The notes under the pieces: model-generated
Databases searched by the model: none
Seen by the model: only the letters and a program-made list of their open reading frames with translations
Told to the model about the DNA's origin: nothing
Assembly: GCF_024521635.1 (NCBI RefSeq)
Contig: NW_026250405.1
Coordinates: 1,550,001 to 1,614,000 of the forward strand
Direction of reading: 5' to 3'
Source of the DNA: Tricharina praecox
Taxonomy: Eukaryota
DNA length: 64,000 bases
Made by a program: the position numbers and the translations under genes
In this document: positions 37,511-49,451 of the stretch, piece after piece
Layout of the letters: each line of letters begins with the position of its first letter
How positions within the stretch are numbered: position 1 is the stretch's first letter

Positions 37511-40500
37511 TAGGTAGGTACACCAGATACGAAGAGTCGCGTCTGCACACTGGTACATTCATATCCTCCGCTCCGATCATCCAACATGAATCCAGTGACA
37601 CCAAAATGTGACTGTCTTTACTGCGGCCTTACTCCCGCCATTACCGTTCACCCCACCGAACGAGGTGACAAATGTCTGGCTTTTTTTGGTTCTCTATGTA
37701 TTGCATGTGATCTGTCTAAAATTCTAAATCACGGCAATCTGTGCTTCCCTCTGTCTGGCTGCAGTTGAGATGATGGGCTCGGTACTAGGTACACAGCACT
37801 CCCCGATCCCCGGCCGGTCAATATGTTGCTCTATTCCCCGAGCTGGGTTGGTATTAGCGCACTGTAAATATGTATGGTAGTCACAGACAAGGAAAAGCAA
37901 AAGATCTACTACTATATCCCGCCCCTTCCGCCGCCTCTCTCTCTAGCCGGGCCAGAAAGACCGGCACCTCCTCCTCAGCCTTCTCAGGCCGCTTTCTCAA
38001 GCCGCTCCACCATCACAGTCCCACCCAGATGGCTCGCTACTAGTAGTGACACATGCCTAGAATTTCCCCAAAAACCCAGAAAGATATTTCAGCTCACGAG
38101 TGATATCCCGTGCAATTCACAGGCTTGACCAAAAACTTCGTGGGCAAGTACTAAGGTATAGCGACTGAGGTATTACTACCCAGTCTGCCCTTGCAGGTGG
38201 CAGCCGCTGTGATCTACTCTGCTTTACTAGTTACTCTAGTTACACCTATGTAAATACGCTATTTCCATGGCGGCCTTCCCGACTCCCGAGCGATCGGGAA
38301 CTGGCTACATCTGTCCATAGCTACCGGTACCTACTTAAACTATCCCAGAGGGAAATTTTGGGAAGGCGCCTGTAGAGTAGAGTAGAGTACGTCCCGTTAG
38401 AGTACAGTATAGTAGAGGGGAATATATCAATCTCCGGAGACAATTACTACTATTACTACATAGTACTATGGACACCTTACTCACCATGCCCCCCGTGTCA
38501 ATACATTTTGCAATATGCATGTGGAAGAACTGCGTACGTGGCTGGTGCTGTAATAGGTATGTACTTATACATAGGTACACTCTATGCGTGCGTGAGTGAG
38601 TGAGTGAGTAAGTGAGTGACTTTTGGGGGCCGTCCGAATGGGATTCGACGTCAACTGCGCAGTGCGGTGTGGTGCCTACGGCGGGTGCGCACTGTGGCAG
38701 CGCCGAGGACAGAGACCGGTAGAAGCGTGAGGTGCGGTGGGATCACATGTATTTGGAATTATCTCGTGCTTGAACTCGTCGGTTCGTGGATGGTGGAAGG
38801 GGGAGCGTATAACTACCTAGTAGATTGGTGGATGGCACCCGTCTCCAACTCGCCGGCCCAGGACTAGCCCCTACTACCTACCTACTAGACCACCAGGTCA
38901 GCCTTCAGGGCTCCCCCTTGTGCCGGTGGCGGTGGCGGTGATGCTTTGAGAAGGCTCCAGATATGACGCAGGTACAAGCATGTAACTATGTACCTATGGC
39001 ATAGGGTCTGGGCCTATAGTTTTGTTATTGCGTGTGATAGTGATGGTATTTATCTTTTCCACATGAGATTTGCAGGTATGTGGGTTGCAATAGGGGCCCG
39101 GGTGAGTTTACAGTTTCTACATAGGTACCCTGGACTGTCTACCTGCTCCATTACCATCTGTTCCGTATCCCGCTCGGACGAATCGTAACAACCTTACGTG
39201 CATGAAGAACTACGGTAGATACTACTCGGCCGTCTTTTCCGGTCACGGGCTCGATATTAAGCTGACAGTACTATAGATGCCGATCTGGCTACATCAATCA
39301 GCCTCCTATGGCTTCCCCCAAAACAGTTCCGCGGGCCAGTCGCCACCGCGTGATTTGTCCGAGCTGGGCAAAGCTAGCCTAACGGAAAGAGGAACTGCGA
39401 GTCATGCCATAACTAGGTCCGACCCCTTCGGGCTATACCAACGACTTTATATATCTACTGCCCTTTGAGCTTGATGTCTGTTTCCCACCCGGAAACTCAA
39501 ATCACTCGGATATACCAACTTCGAGCCAGTTGTTTTATTGGTGGTAGGATATCTACATACCATCCTTATCCGCGCTCTCAACGGCCGGGCCGGCCCATGG
39601 AATTCGTTTCGTGCACCAGGGATGCTCCAGACTGCTCGAGAATTTGAGGATTTGACAGTACGGTATCTCGGATGCGTCATATTGAGAGCAACGATAGGGA
39701 TATCCGCAGTCTATCAAACACCACATACGTACCGCCGAATAGTTCCGACTTCCGAGTCCTGACGAGGCCACCCCGACAAAATAATGTCCACCTCCCGAAT
39801 CCCGATCTTCCGAGTCGCGAGGGGGCTCGAAGCGATGTTTACGACCCACGGCCGAGATAACGGAAACGGGTTTCAGATTTCAACTGTGCTGCTGCAGTCG
39901 ATCCAAATCTATGATACCTAGAGTAACCAGGTCCCGCCGGCCGAAAAACGGACACGTCCCTGCCCGGATATCTGTGAGCAATCCACGATCTATAGTAGGT
40001 AGGTAGCTTGCCGGTCTTCGGGCTCCGAGTTTCAGGTCTCAAACGGTGGTGAATCGTCGACATCTAAAACAGGATCCTATGTACCTGGATTCTTCGTGAA
40101 TGCATACCGAGCTGCGTACACATACGGTATGTACTTGCAAAACATTCGAACTTCACGGCTGGTATGTACAGCTACCTCGACATTCCCGGTCCGGAACTCA
40201 ATATCGAAAGGGCAACTACATACGACCACGATATGATACAGGTATACCGTGCCGGGATACGGACACAGACCTCAAGCTGCCATAGATAGTAGGTACATAA
40301 GGTATAGTAGGTATGATGTAAACTCTTCCCGCTCTGGCCTCCGCTATCGGCTGGAACGTGGGGGGGAGAGAAGGAGAGGAAGGGGGGGCTCTGGAAGTTC
40401 CCCATCCCACTCGACACTCACCCGAATCCCGATTGCCTTGCCTTCCCCATGCGCTTCACGCCCATACTTCTCTCCGCTTTGAGCTAGCATCTCCTTGCCA

Positions 40501-42536
40501 CATCCCCACCGCAAGCATGTAGACATATGGATGCTCGGCTGCGACAGCAGAAGAGAGCCACGAGTGACCCGCCATGCCCCCCCCCTCTCTCTCTCCGCCT
40601 GTGGCAAGGCATTCCCTGCTGGCAGCGGCTGCAAGGCGGCGGCGGCGCAAACGTTCGTTCCACCGCGAATCAGTTTTGATTCCACCCCTTCGCACGCGGG
40701 GGTGGTAGATAAGTACAATACTGAAGACACTTGTATCCATCCGCCCCCTGGTTGGCTAGGTATGCTTGAAGAAACAAGCAAATCCGTCCTCCGCTCCCAC
40801 GGGACCGAAAACCTTCCACACTACATATGTACCTACTACATGGGTAATTAACTCTACTAGTACTACGCATCGCACGGACCCCATCCGCTCACCTGATTTT
40901 TCTTCTCGAAGTGACAGGCTCTCCTAGTTGCCTCTAGCCTCTCCGAGGCGCACAGGTGATCACTCGTGGCAGACGTGGATAGGGATATGGACGAGGATGC
41001 CAGAATATAGTAGATTGCATGCAGCACCGTACCAGAGTAGCTAGTTCGGTAGTTACTACCTAACGCACCACGCTGCCCGGTGGGAGTGGTAGCCAGATGA
41101 GCTCTAACTACTCTAGAGCACCTGTCAAGCAAGCAAGCAAGATCTCACCGCTCGTCAACCGGCAGTTTGCAGGTTTGACGGCTAATGTTGCGTGGACGGA
41201 GGGGTGGACGGGGTGGACGGGGACTAGGGATGAGGGGGGAGGGGGGGTGCTCTACTATATCTGGGACGTGTAGCGACCAGGGAATATTGAACTGCAGGGT
41301 CCCGGTGGAAGGAAGGGGTGATGGGAGGTGATGGATGGTCCCACGGCGGAGAGCACGCGGCGTGCACGCAAGGCGCGAGTGCAACGCGGAAGTCGTTGGA
41401 ACCTGCCTGCACAACCGACCGGACCTCGAGCTTGGGATGCTGGGCAGGGCTGGGGAACGTGGCGGATGGATGGATGGTTGGTTGGTTGGAACCGAAAATC
41501 GTGGGCCCGCCGCCGAGGCTAGATATCTACATAGGTAGGCCGTCGGGTCTTGCTTGTGGCGGACGGGACTGGTTATCTTAGCATAGGGTTGACGGGGTGC
41601 ATTCGGAGTACCTATTATAGATGTGTGTGTACCTAGCCCGGCGTTTGGAAATAGTATGAAGATATGTGGCTTCTGCATAAACTGCGAATTGGATACACAT
41701 GTAGGTACATTGTACATATGTAGGAGCACCGACGTTTCAACAATCTACGTGTTGCCCGCCAAGCTGGAGAATCGAGTTTATCTAGATATAGACATACCGG
41801 TACTGTGTAGATCGAGGAACCGTCATAGGAACCGGCAAATATGATGGCAACAAGTTCGAGCGACTGTCCAGCCATAGTAGTTATCGGATTCCCTGGATGA
41901 TTGAAAGTAACCAAGTACCAAGTACTCATGTACCTATATTGTGGGTGGGTATACGTAAAACACCCGCTGGCTGTGGCGCATGTATGTGCTCTATATACAT
42001 GGCTTCTTCGGTGGAGTCAAGCATGATACATACTGGTACACAATTCGTTTCAACTGCACACAAGACCGAAATCCCGATAATGAAATTCAAAACCCAGGAC
42101 CTACACTCGCATGGAAGGGGAAGGGAAGGGGAAGGGGAAGGGACTGGACTATGTAGGTATGTACCTACATACATCCGACCAGCAAACGGGGTGGACGAAA
42201 CGGGACATCGAAGGATCTATATACCTAGTATACCCGTGGCCACTTAAAACGCAGTCAGGGGCACACTATTAGTACCGGTATGTAGATGCACCATTTCGCC
42301 GTCGACGCGTACCCGACTCGGAGAAATGTCGGTCCCCGGAGTATCGCTTCAGCATGTGCGCGGCGAATGTGTAGGATGAAAGAAACTCTGGATGTAGATA
42401 TCTAGATATCTAGATAGATGCGTGAACGCCAGCCTCGGAATCAGCAGAATCAGCTGATTTGTGGAGAAGCAGGCCAGCAAGCGAGAGAAGAGGCCGGTGT
42501 CCCGACAGACGAGGTACCAGTACCAGTAGATACCTA

Positions 42537-43711
42537 ACGTAGTAGCACAGGAAATAAACCAAACCTAGGAGTGAATCGGAGAACGGGTGAATCGCAGCCT
42601 AACCCCCTTCGTATACCACCACCACCACCACCACCATCACCAAACTCAGTCGAGGTGAGAATTCTATGCTATGTAGATATTGCATACTATGCTTGCTCAT
42701 AACGATAGAATAAGAACTGAACTTTCAAGCACGTCAATAGCATCAGCGCATTCACATTGTCGAAGCCTCCAGGGCCCGGGCGTTCACACCTTTTTGTGCG
42801 CTCGGCGAGCATCTGCACGCTCGCCGAGACATGAGCCGCTTCCCATAATCGTGGAGGAGAGCTTCCTATGGAGTCTGGGAGGAGGTACGTACTCAGGCAG
42901 AGTTTCCAGGTGCTGAGACAGAAGTCGCATTTCATAAGCGGGAGGAGTGCTTCTAGGTACTATTGTATTGGATTCTTCTTATGAATAGACATTACAGAAA
43001 AGAAATGTGAATGAAAGTCTAGCCATCCTTGGTTTCTGTCACAGCAGTTGACGGCGTCCTGTTCGTGCCGTTGTTGGTTCCGCACGACCAGCCGGGGCCG
43101 GAATTGCCAGTGGAGAAGATTACCGAGACACCATGGGCACCGGGGGGTGCGAATTGGTTGCAAACGTGGGGGGAGACAGTAGTAGAGTGGGACGGTTTGC
43201 TCGCTATTGCCGTCCATATGCCCAGATTATTCCCCCTTCCATTGCATGCTCATAGCCTCTCTTCACCATATACTTCTTCACTCGTGGAGATGGATTCTCG
43301 TGGTCTTCAATCCTTGAGTCCGGGCACGCTTCTGGCGCAATGACTCATTATTCCAGAAATGACAAAGAAACTCAGACTTAAGAGCTGCCACGATTCATGC
43401 AGCAAAGCCACAGTTCATGGTTTTAAGAAAAAGCCGTGTCGCGTATCCCCAGCAATGCATTCCGGTATGTAGACACCACTCATCAAGCTAGCTTCCTCCT
43501 CAGCGACCGTTAGAACCATAGGGAAAACCCAGTTCCTATGTATTCCATCATTATGAGCAAGCCCTAGTAATCAATATTTACATAGCATAGAATTCTCACC
43601 TCGACTGAGTTTGGTGATGGTGGTGGTGGTGGTATACGAAGGGGGTTAGGCTGCGATTCACCCGTTCTCCGATTCACTCCTAGGTTTGGTTTATTTCCTG
43701 TGCTACTACGT
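42537..43711. mobile_element. Fot1/pogo-like (Tc1-mariner) non-autonomous element with ~145-bp TIRs
   Basis: TA|ACGTAGTAGCACAGG...CCTGTGCTACTACGT|TA; TIRs 42537-~42682 and ~43572-43711 are nearly identical; interior has weak DDE-like remnants. Confidence 0.88.
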
Positions 43712-46669
43712 TAACGTATTGAGGAACCATGACTATATGTTGTAGCGTGTTGACGCTTTGCCGGACGACTAGGTACGCGCCCCCACCGATATCTCAGTTT
43801 ACGGTCAATAGAAAAGTGAATAAGACTGCAGAATTGTAGCTTACATGCCCTAGTATGTATCACTACCATTGGGTATGTAGCACCTCTATTGCTGCGCCAC
43901 AGAGCAGAGACACCCTTCGCCGTTTTGCTTACAAGAGGTGGTACCTAGCCGCCAACTAATGGTCCCGCGATAAGTTATGTACCTACCTCGTGGGCCCCAT
44001 GCGTATAGTTAGTACCGTACTCTACTTACCCGTCCAGGAGAGACACAAGTACTCCAAGTACCGGTACTTAGGTAGGTACTGATCTCGTCTCCTTACTTGC
44101 TCCTGTGGCTCCCTGTGGTGTGAATGCGGACCGGCAGCGGGTCTCCTGTCTCTCCGTTCTGGGTGTGGTGGTTACTGGTTAGTTGGCTGGCACTGGTAGG
44201 GAACGCATCAAGATTCCAATGGCTGGATATCCAAAAGGGTTTCTCCTGCTGGATGGACGGAGAAAGAAAATCGCATGTGTTTGGTCCGTGCTGCGACTCG
44301 GTTTGGGGCCACCGCCAACAGGCCATGATCCGGGGTACTCACCGGCTGATATGCATGCAACCTAGAGTAGAGTAGCTGTGTACTCGGGATTCGTGCTAGT
44401 ATGATATGTACAGGCGTGATGTTCCTGAATAAAACCAATTCTGTTGGTTTGCGATATCTCGCCAACTCGCTGCGATGGTTGGCCAGTCAAATGCCGAATA
44501 AGATGGAACATATGTACATAACGAGGGGGCGGGGTCGGCAGTCAGTAACTGGCGCACCGCGAGTAGTTATCCGCATCCCTGGAGTGTCGATGCAGTGTTC
44601 GTCGGTTGGTCCCAGGTTCGTGTTTCTCTTCTCAAGAAAAACACGCGGGCTAGCTGCTCCGGGGAGACGGCTTCGAAGATCGCTAGAGTTCGGTGGCTCA
44701 TCTTTTGTCTTTCCTCGGCTGCGAAGAATACTGAACAATGAATGCTCGGAAGCAAAAACTCCGAACCGCCGGTCTGCACTCGAGAGTCGAGACATTCCCT
44801 CGCCTTCATAAACGAACCATCAAAGTGCAAGTGTCCGGGTGCACCGATCCGTGCCGTCGTGGAGTCCGATCATCCCGTCTGCTAAACTTCGGTTACCAGG
44901 AAATCCCTCGACGGTGGGTGTGGCTACGATACCCTGAAAGTTCGATTTTCCGATCATTTCTACCGGGGCGCCGGCGCCGTTCTATTCTCCCGACACCTGC
45001 GCTGAGCAACTGCACGATCTGCACGGGGATTCGTGGGGTTTCTGTTTCGTCTTGATTATCTACGACCTTGCTCCTGCATGCACCGTCAGCGCAGCTTCCT
45101 TCTTGATCCCACCCTTCCCGCACAATCCCGGAGACGCGCTTGAGAAGAAGAGATATTCTCCAAACTTCGGGGTGCCCGCTGGGTTAAACTCGGCACCGAT
45201 TAATGAATGCGTTTCGAGGGATGCGAGAAACGCGTGTGCAGTGGTATGGTACGCCACCACTATGTATCACCACCACCACCATTTCCACCGCTGCCGCAAC
45301 CACCGCCGCCACCACCACCGGTGTGTATGGGTATGTACCTGCATGAGGAGGCTACCACTCCATATTCACGCGGCAGTGTTAACGAAGGATATCGTTGAAA
45401 TGTGGGGGTGGCGGCTTACCCTAACCACCTCACTTGCAACGTAGGTGGCTTTCCCTATAGTCGATAGGAGGGGTTGGACGTCGAGACTAGTTGCTAGTTG
45501 GTACTCTTCCCGCGAGAGAGCCTCGATCGCGGATTCCGACTTCCACAGGCACGACAGCCATCCAAGCAAAAAGCCGCGGATGGTTAAGGCACCTCGTTCT
45601 CCGGGACCATCGACCTTGCCTCCTGCGAATTGGAATGGCTCGCTGCCCGATGAAGCATGTGCTTTGAAGCGGAGCTCAGCTCCTCATGGGGGGGAGGGGG
45701 TTTTTTTCTTCAGGACCCATGTCGTCTGCATGGGCTTGCCACCCTTTCGTCTGCAGAGGATTCCTCAGATTCTTTGCGTGCGTGCATGGAGAATGTGGAA
45801 GGTAAGGTGCGAGCACATGCTGAGCTTTTGCGGAGACGATGCCGACCAGTGCGACTGCTAACTGGCGAGCTTCTCGGCGGGCCTGTGGAGGGTCAGCACT
45901 CGCGGCGATACTCTAGATATTGGTCGGAGTGTGGGATGGCACTCCACCGATGAGCTGTACTCTATGTATACTAGAGTTTCCCCACGCATTCCGTTCCTCG
46001 TGGCGCGGCAGAAGCTCTGGGAGAGATGGCTGTCAGCATGATTGGGGGAGAGAGGAGGGGGGAGGGGGGAGGGGGCACTACGGTAGACTGCAGGACTTGT
46101 GGTAGGTGGTACCGCTGTTGCGGTGCTGCGCATTTGGCTGAATACTGATGACGGTGGGACTGCACCGAGAGAGAGGGAGGGGAGCAACCCAATCGATAGG
46201 GCCGTGTTAAGTGCTCAGTAACCGTCCTCATGCCTCACTCTCGACAGCCCTTTGCAGCAGAAACTTCTCGGATTGGCAGCATCCCATAGATTAAATGGCT
46301 CTTACCCTCCCACCCCCGGATAAACTGTAAACATTGAACGGGCCCAGAAAGGAGCCCGGCAATACAAAAACAAGTAGACTCCTCGACCTCCACTAGGATT
46401 GCCTTCGCGATCCCAAATCCTAAATCCCACGCCTGCACCCTCCACTGCCAGTGGGACTTTGCTTTTTTATTTTGCCGCTAGATCGTGGTGTGCCGAAACC
46501 GATTCATCACAGCTGCTCCCGGTCTGAGGAGATCTTCTATTCCTGCTGAGGGACCAAAGATTACTACTACTGGTTGGTAGTGGTTAGCTCCTACTCCAGC
46601 ACGATAGCCGGAGTCCGAAACCTCCCTGGGAGCATACATATACATAGCGCCCATGCGCCCACTGTCAGA

Positions 46670-49451
46670 ATGGTTGTGACTACGGACGAAATCATGAATG
46701 CTGAGGAGTTTGCACCGCGTCACGTCGATGCTGGCTATGTTGCGCTTTCGTATTTCGTGTCGCTTATTGGCTCGCTGTCGACACTTGAGCTACTGCAGCT
46801 ACGAACGTCAGGGAGAGGTCTATACAACTGGTATCTCTTGTTTGGCAGCAGTGTGACGATGGGTGGCATTGGTGAGTGTTTTTCCTTCCCGTCCTGGCTT
46901 ACGTTTGTTTCCCTCGTGCTTGGGTGCCTGAAGCTGACTGACTTTATGTATCGTAGCCATCTGGTCGATGCACTTTGTATGACATCCTCCTCCTCCATCC
47001 TCCATCCTCCCTCCTCGCTCCTCCGCACTCCTTCCTCCTGCTCCGCCTCCGTCCTATACCGTCCTGATGGCGATAAACAATACCCTCTAACGACCTGACG
47101 TCTAGATTGGAAACCGTGCGACTGTACTCTACGATGGCCAGCCCGAATTCCAACTCACATACAACACTACATTTACCATCGTCTCGTTTTTTGTTCCGGT
47201 CGTCGTCCTTCTAGGGGCATATTGGCTTGCTGGCTCGGGTGCCGATGAGGTGCAAAAAGTTCGTGTCGGGTTTGGGGGGTTATTTGCAGGTTCAAGGTAT
47301 GCATAGGTGGACTGGATCTCTCGGTGCCAGGTGGAGTATATACCCCCCTACAGTCATGCTGATCGTGGTTCGCTTTCAGTATCTGCGGCATGCACTACCT
47401 CGGCGACAAGGCGATCAACAATTTCAAACCAGTCTACAACACCATACACGTCGTAGCATCAGTGGTAATCGCCATCGTCGCCACGAATGTTGCGTTGACG
47501 TTATTCTTCGTTGTGCGCAAAAACTTTACAAACTGCTGGTGGAAGCGGGTGCTACTGGCGTTCCTGCTCGCTTTGGCGGTGTCGGGAATGCATTGGACAG
47601 CAAGTTTGGGGACCACTTTTGTTTTCCAGCACGAGCGACCCAACGCTGACTCGGAATTGTCACGACAGTGGGTCGTGATAATTGTCATTGCGCTGGTGAG
47701 ACATTCTTCGGCGTTCGGACGTCAGCGGCGCGCACATGACAATTGCTAATTACCTGTGCTGCTTGTAGTCGGTCTTCAGCTGTGTCGGCTTGTTGGGTTT
47801 TGCGCTAGTTGCGGGGCGGAACAGGAGAAATCAGAGTAAAAAGGCGCAGAGAATTGTGCTGGCTTCTGCGATCTTCGCGGAGGGAAAGTTGATGGTCTTG
47901 CCCGATGGGACACTTCCGTCCAAGACGATTACAGATACCTTCTCCGAGCGGGTATGTGCTCACCCGTCCATACACTTCGAGTGTCAGCGCTGATTTTTGG
48001 ACATCTAGTCGTTCGAGGAAGGCTTTGGCAAACGACACGACGTATTCCACTGGATCTATCGCACATCACGGAATTGGCGGGTGGTAGTCGACCTTCTCCC
48101 CGGCATGCGGCGACATCTGAGGTCATACATGGAGGGGGTTCGGGACGGTCAGACATATTTCGAGGATTATTCGATTCTCTTCCGCGAAATGTTTTGCGTT
48201 GCGGCCAAGGACCTCGCCGATGCCACGCACCAGCCTTTGCAGTCCGTGGGAGTACTCTATGAAGAGATGTTGATTACCGGTTTGAATACCGGTGGAGCGG
48301 GCTTGATGTCGAAGCTTGACCCGGAGATTGGAAGGCGGCATCGTGGCCGAGGAAAGGTTCTATTTCTGGTCAAGAATATCGACAAAACTGAGGCCACACG
48401 ACTGGCGACCTTTGGTTTCAGATTCACTTCGCCTACGAACGTTTACGATGTGCTTTCCCGGGCGATGCAGGTGACAAAGGAGGATGTCGTCAAGGTGGTC
48501 TCGACAATGGCCACATATTACCCGGAACGTGAAGCTTTGCTGCCGCCTGGAGTTTACCTGGGCGCTTTTGCGGTGCAATCTAACGAGGTGGGTGGCTACA
48601 ATATTTTGGTGCAGCAGAGTGAATCGAGCAAACTCCCGGCGCATTCGCTCGGAATAAACGCCATAACCCCTGCGCACTTCCGCTTCTTGCAGAAATACCA
48701 CGGCAAGACCGCCGGCGAGCTCACCACCGTTCTTCGCAATGACCTGCGCGAAGCCGCCTCTGGGGCTGGTCTGCCCGAGGCATTCGCGAGGCAATTCAAC
48801 GATGCACTAGCCTACCTCCTCCTCGAGCTGAAGGACCAGATCTTCAACAACGCGGTCCTCGACGCAAACCCCCAATATCTCCCTACGGCCATGTCGGAAG
48901 AAGACCCCTCGCGGCCCGGCACAGGGACGGCCGCCCAACTTATCGTCTTCAAAACTGTAGTGCCCTCGCACATCAGCATCACCTCTCCAAACCTGGTATT
49001 CACGCCCCTCCCCTTCTTCTCCATCCAACAGCGCTCCTATCCCGGCTGCCCCGAGCACCAAGTGCACGCACGCCGGGTGCACCGCGAGTTCTCGGCCAAG
49101 AAGGCGGTCCCCCACACTACGCGCACGCGTTCGCGCTCCCGTTCCGGCCGGATCTGGAAGTCCGCGGCATCACAGTCCTCGTCGTTCCCAGCCTTCGGGC
49201 GGCTCCGCGCCGGAGCCCCGTCCTCACGCAGCCCGAGCATGTCCTCGGAAAAGAACCTCGTCGTCGACGACCCGTTCTCCGCCGGAATCATGGTCAGCCA
49301 GACGGTCACCGTCAACGTCGCCAGCCCCACGGACTCGACAGAGCTCAAGGACCTCGGCCCAAGTGTCAATGTTACCAAAATTGACGACTCGGCCGATAAT
49401 TTTACGTGGTGCGAGGCCCTGTTTAAGGGGATCCTGCCGGATGCGAGGTAG
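46670..49451 (+). CDS. MHYT-domain membrane signalling protein; 6 exons (46670-46871, 46957-46976, 47107-47296, 47380-47695, 47769-47951, 48009-49451)
   Basis: YVALSYFVSLIGS..TLELL..RTSGRG, GGIAIWSMHFIGNRA, ICGMHYLG, VSGMHWTA, GKLMV.PDG.LPS..IT, FHWIY..SRNW, FREMFCVAA. Confidence 0.9.

Noticed and set aside
40218..40230. ACATACGACCA resembling a 5S rRNA 5' end
   Set aside because: Similarity stops after ~11 nt; no box A or box C
45416..45426. ACCCTAACC as a possible telomerase RNA template
   Set aside because: A 9-mer is expected by chance, and no pseudoknot or other supporting element is visible
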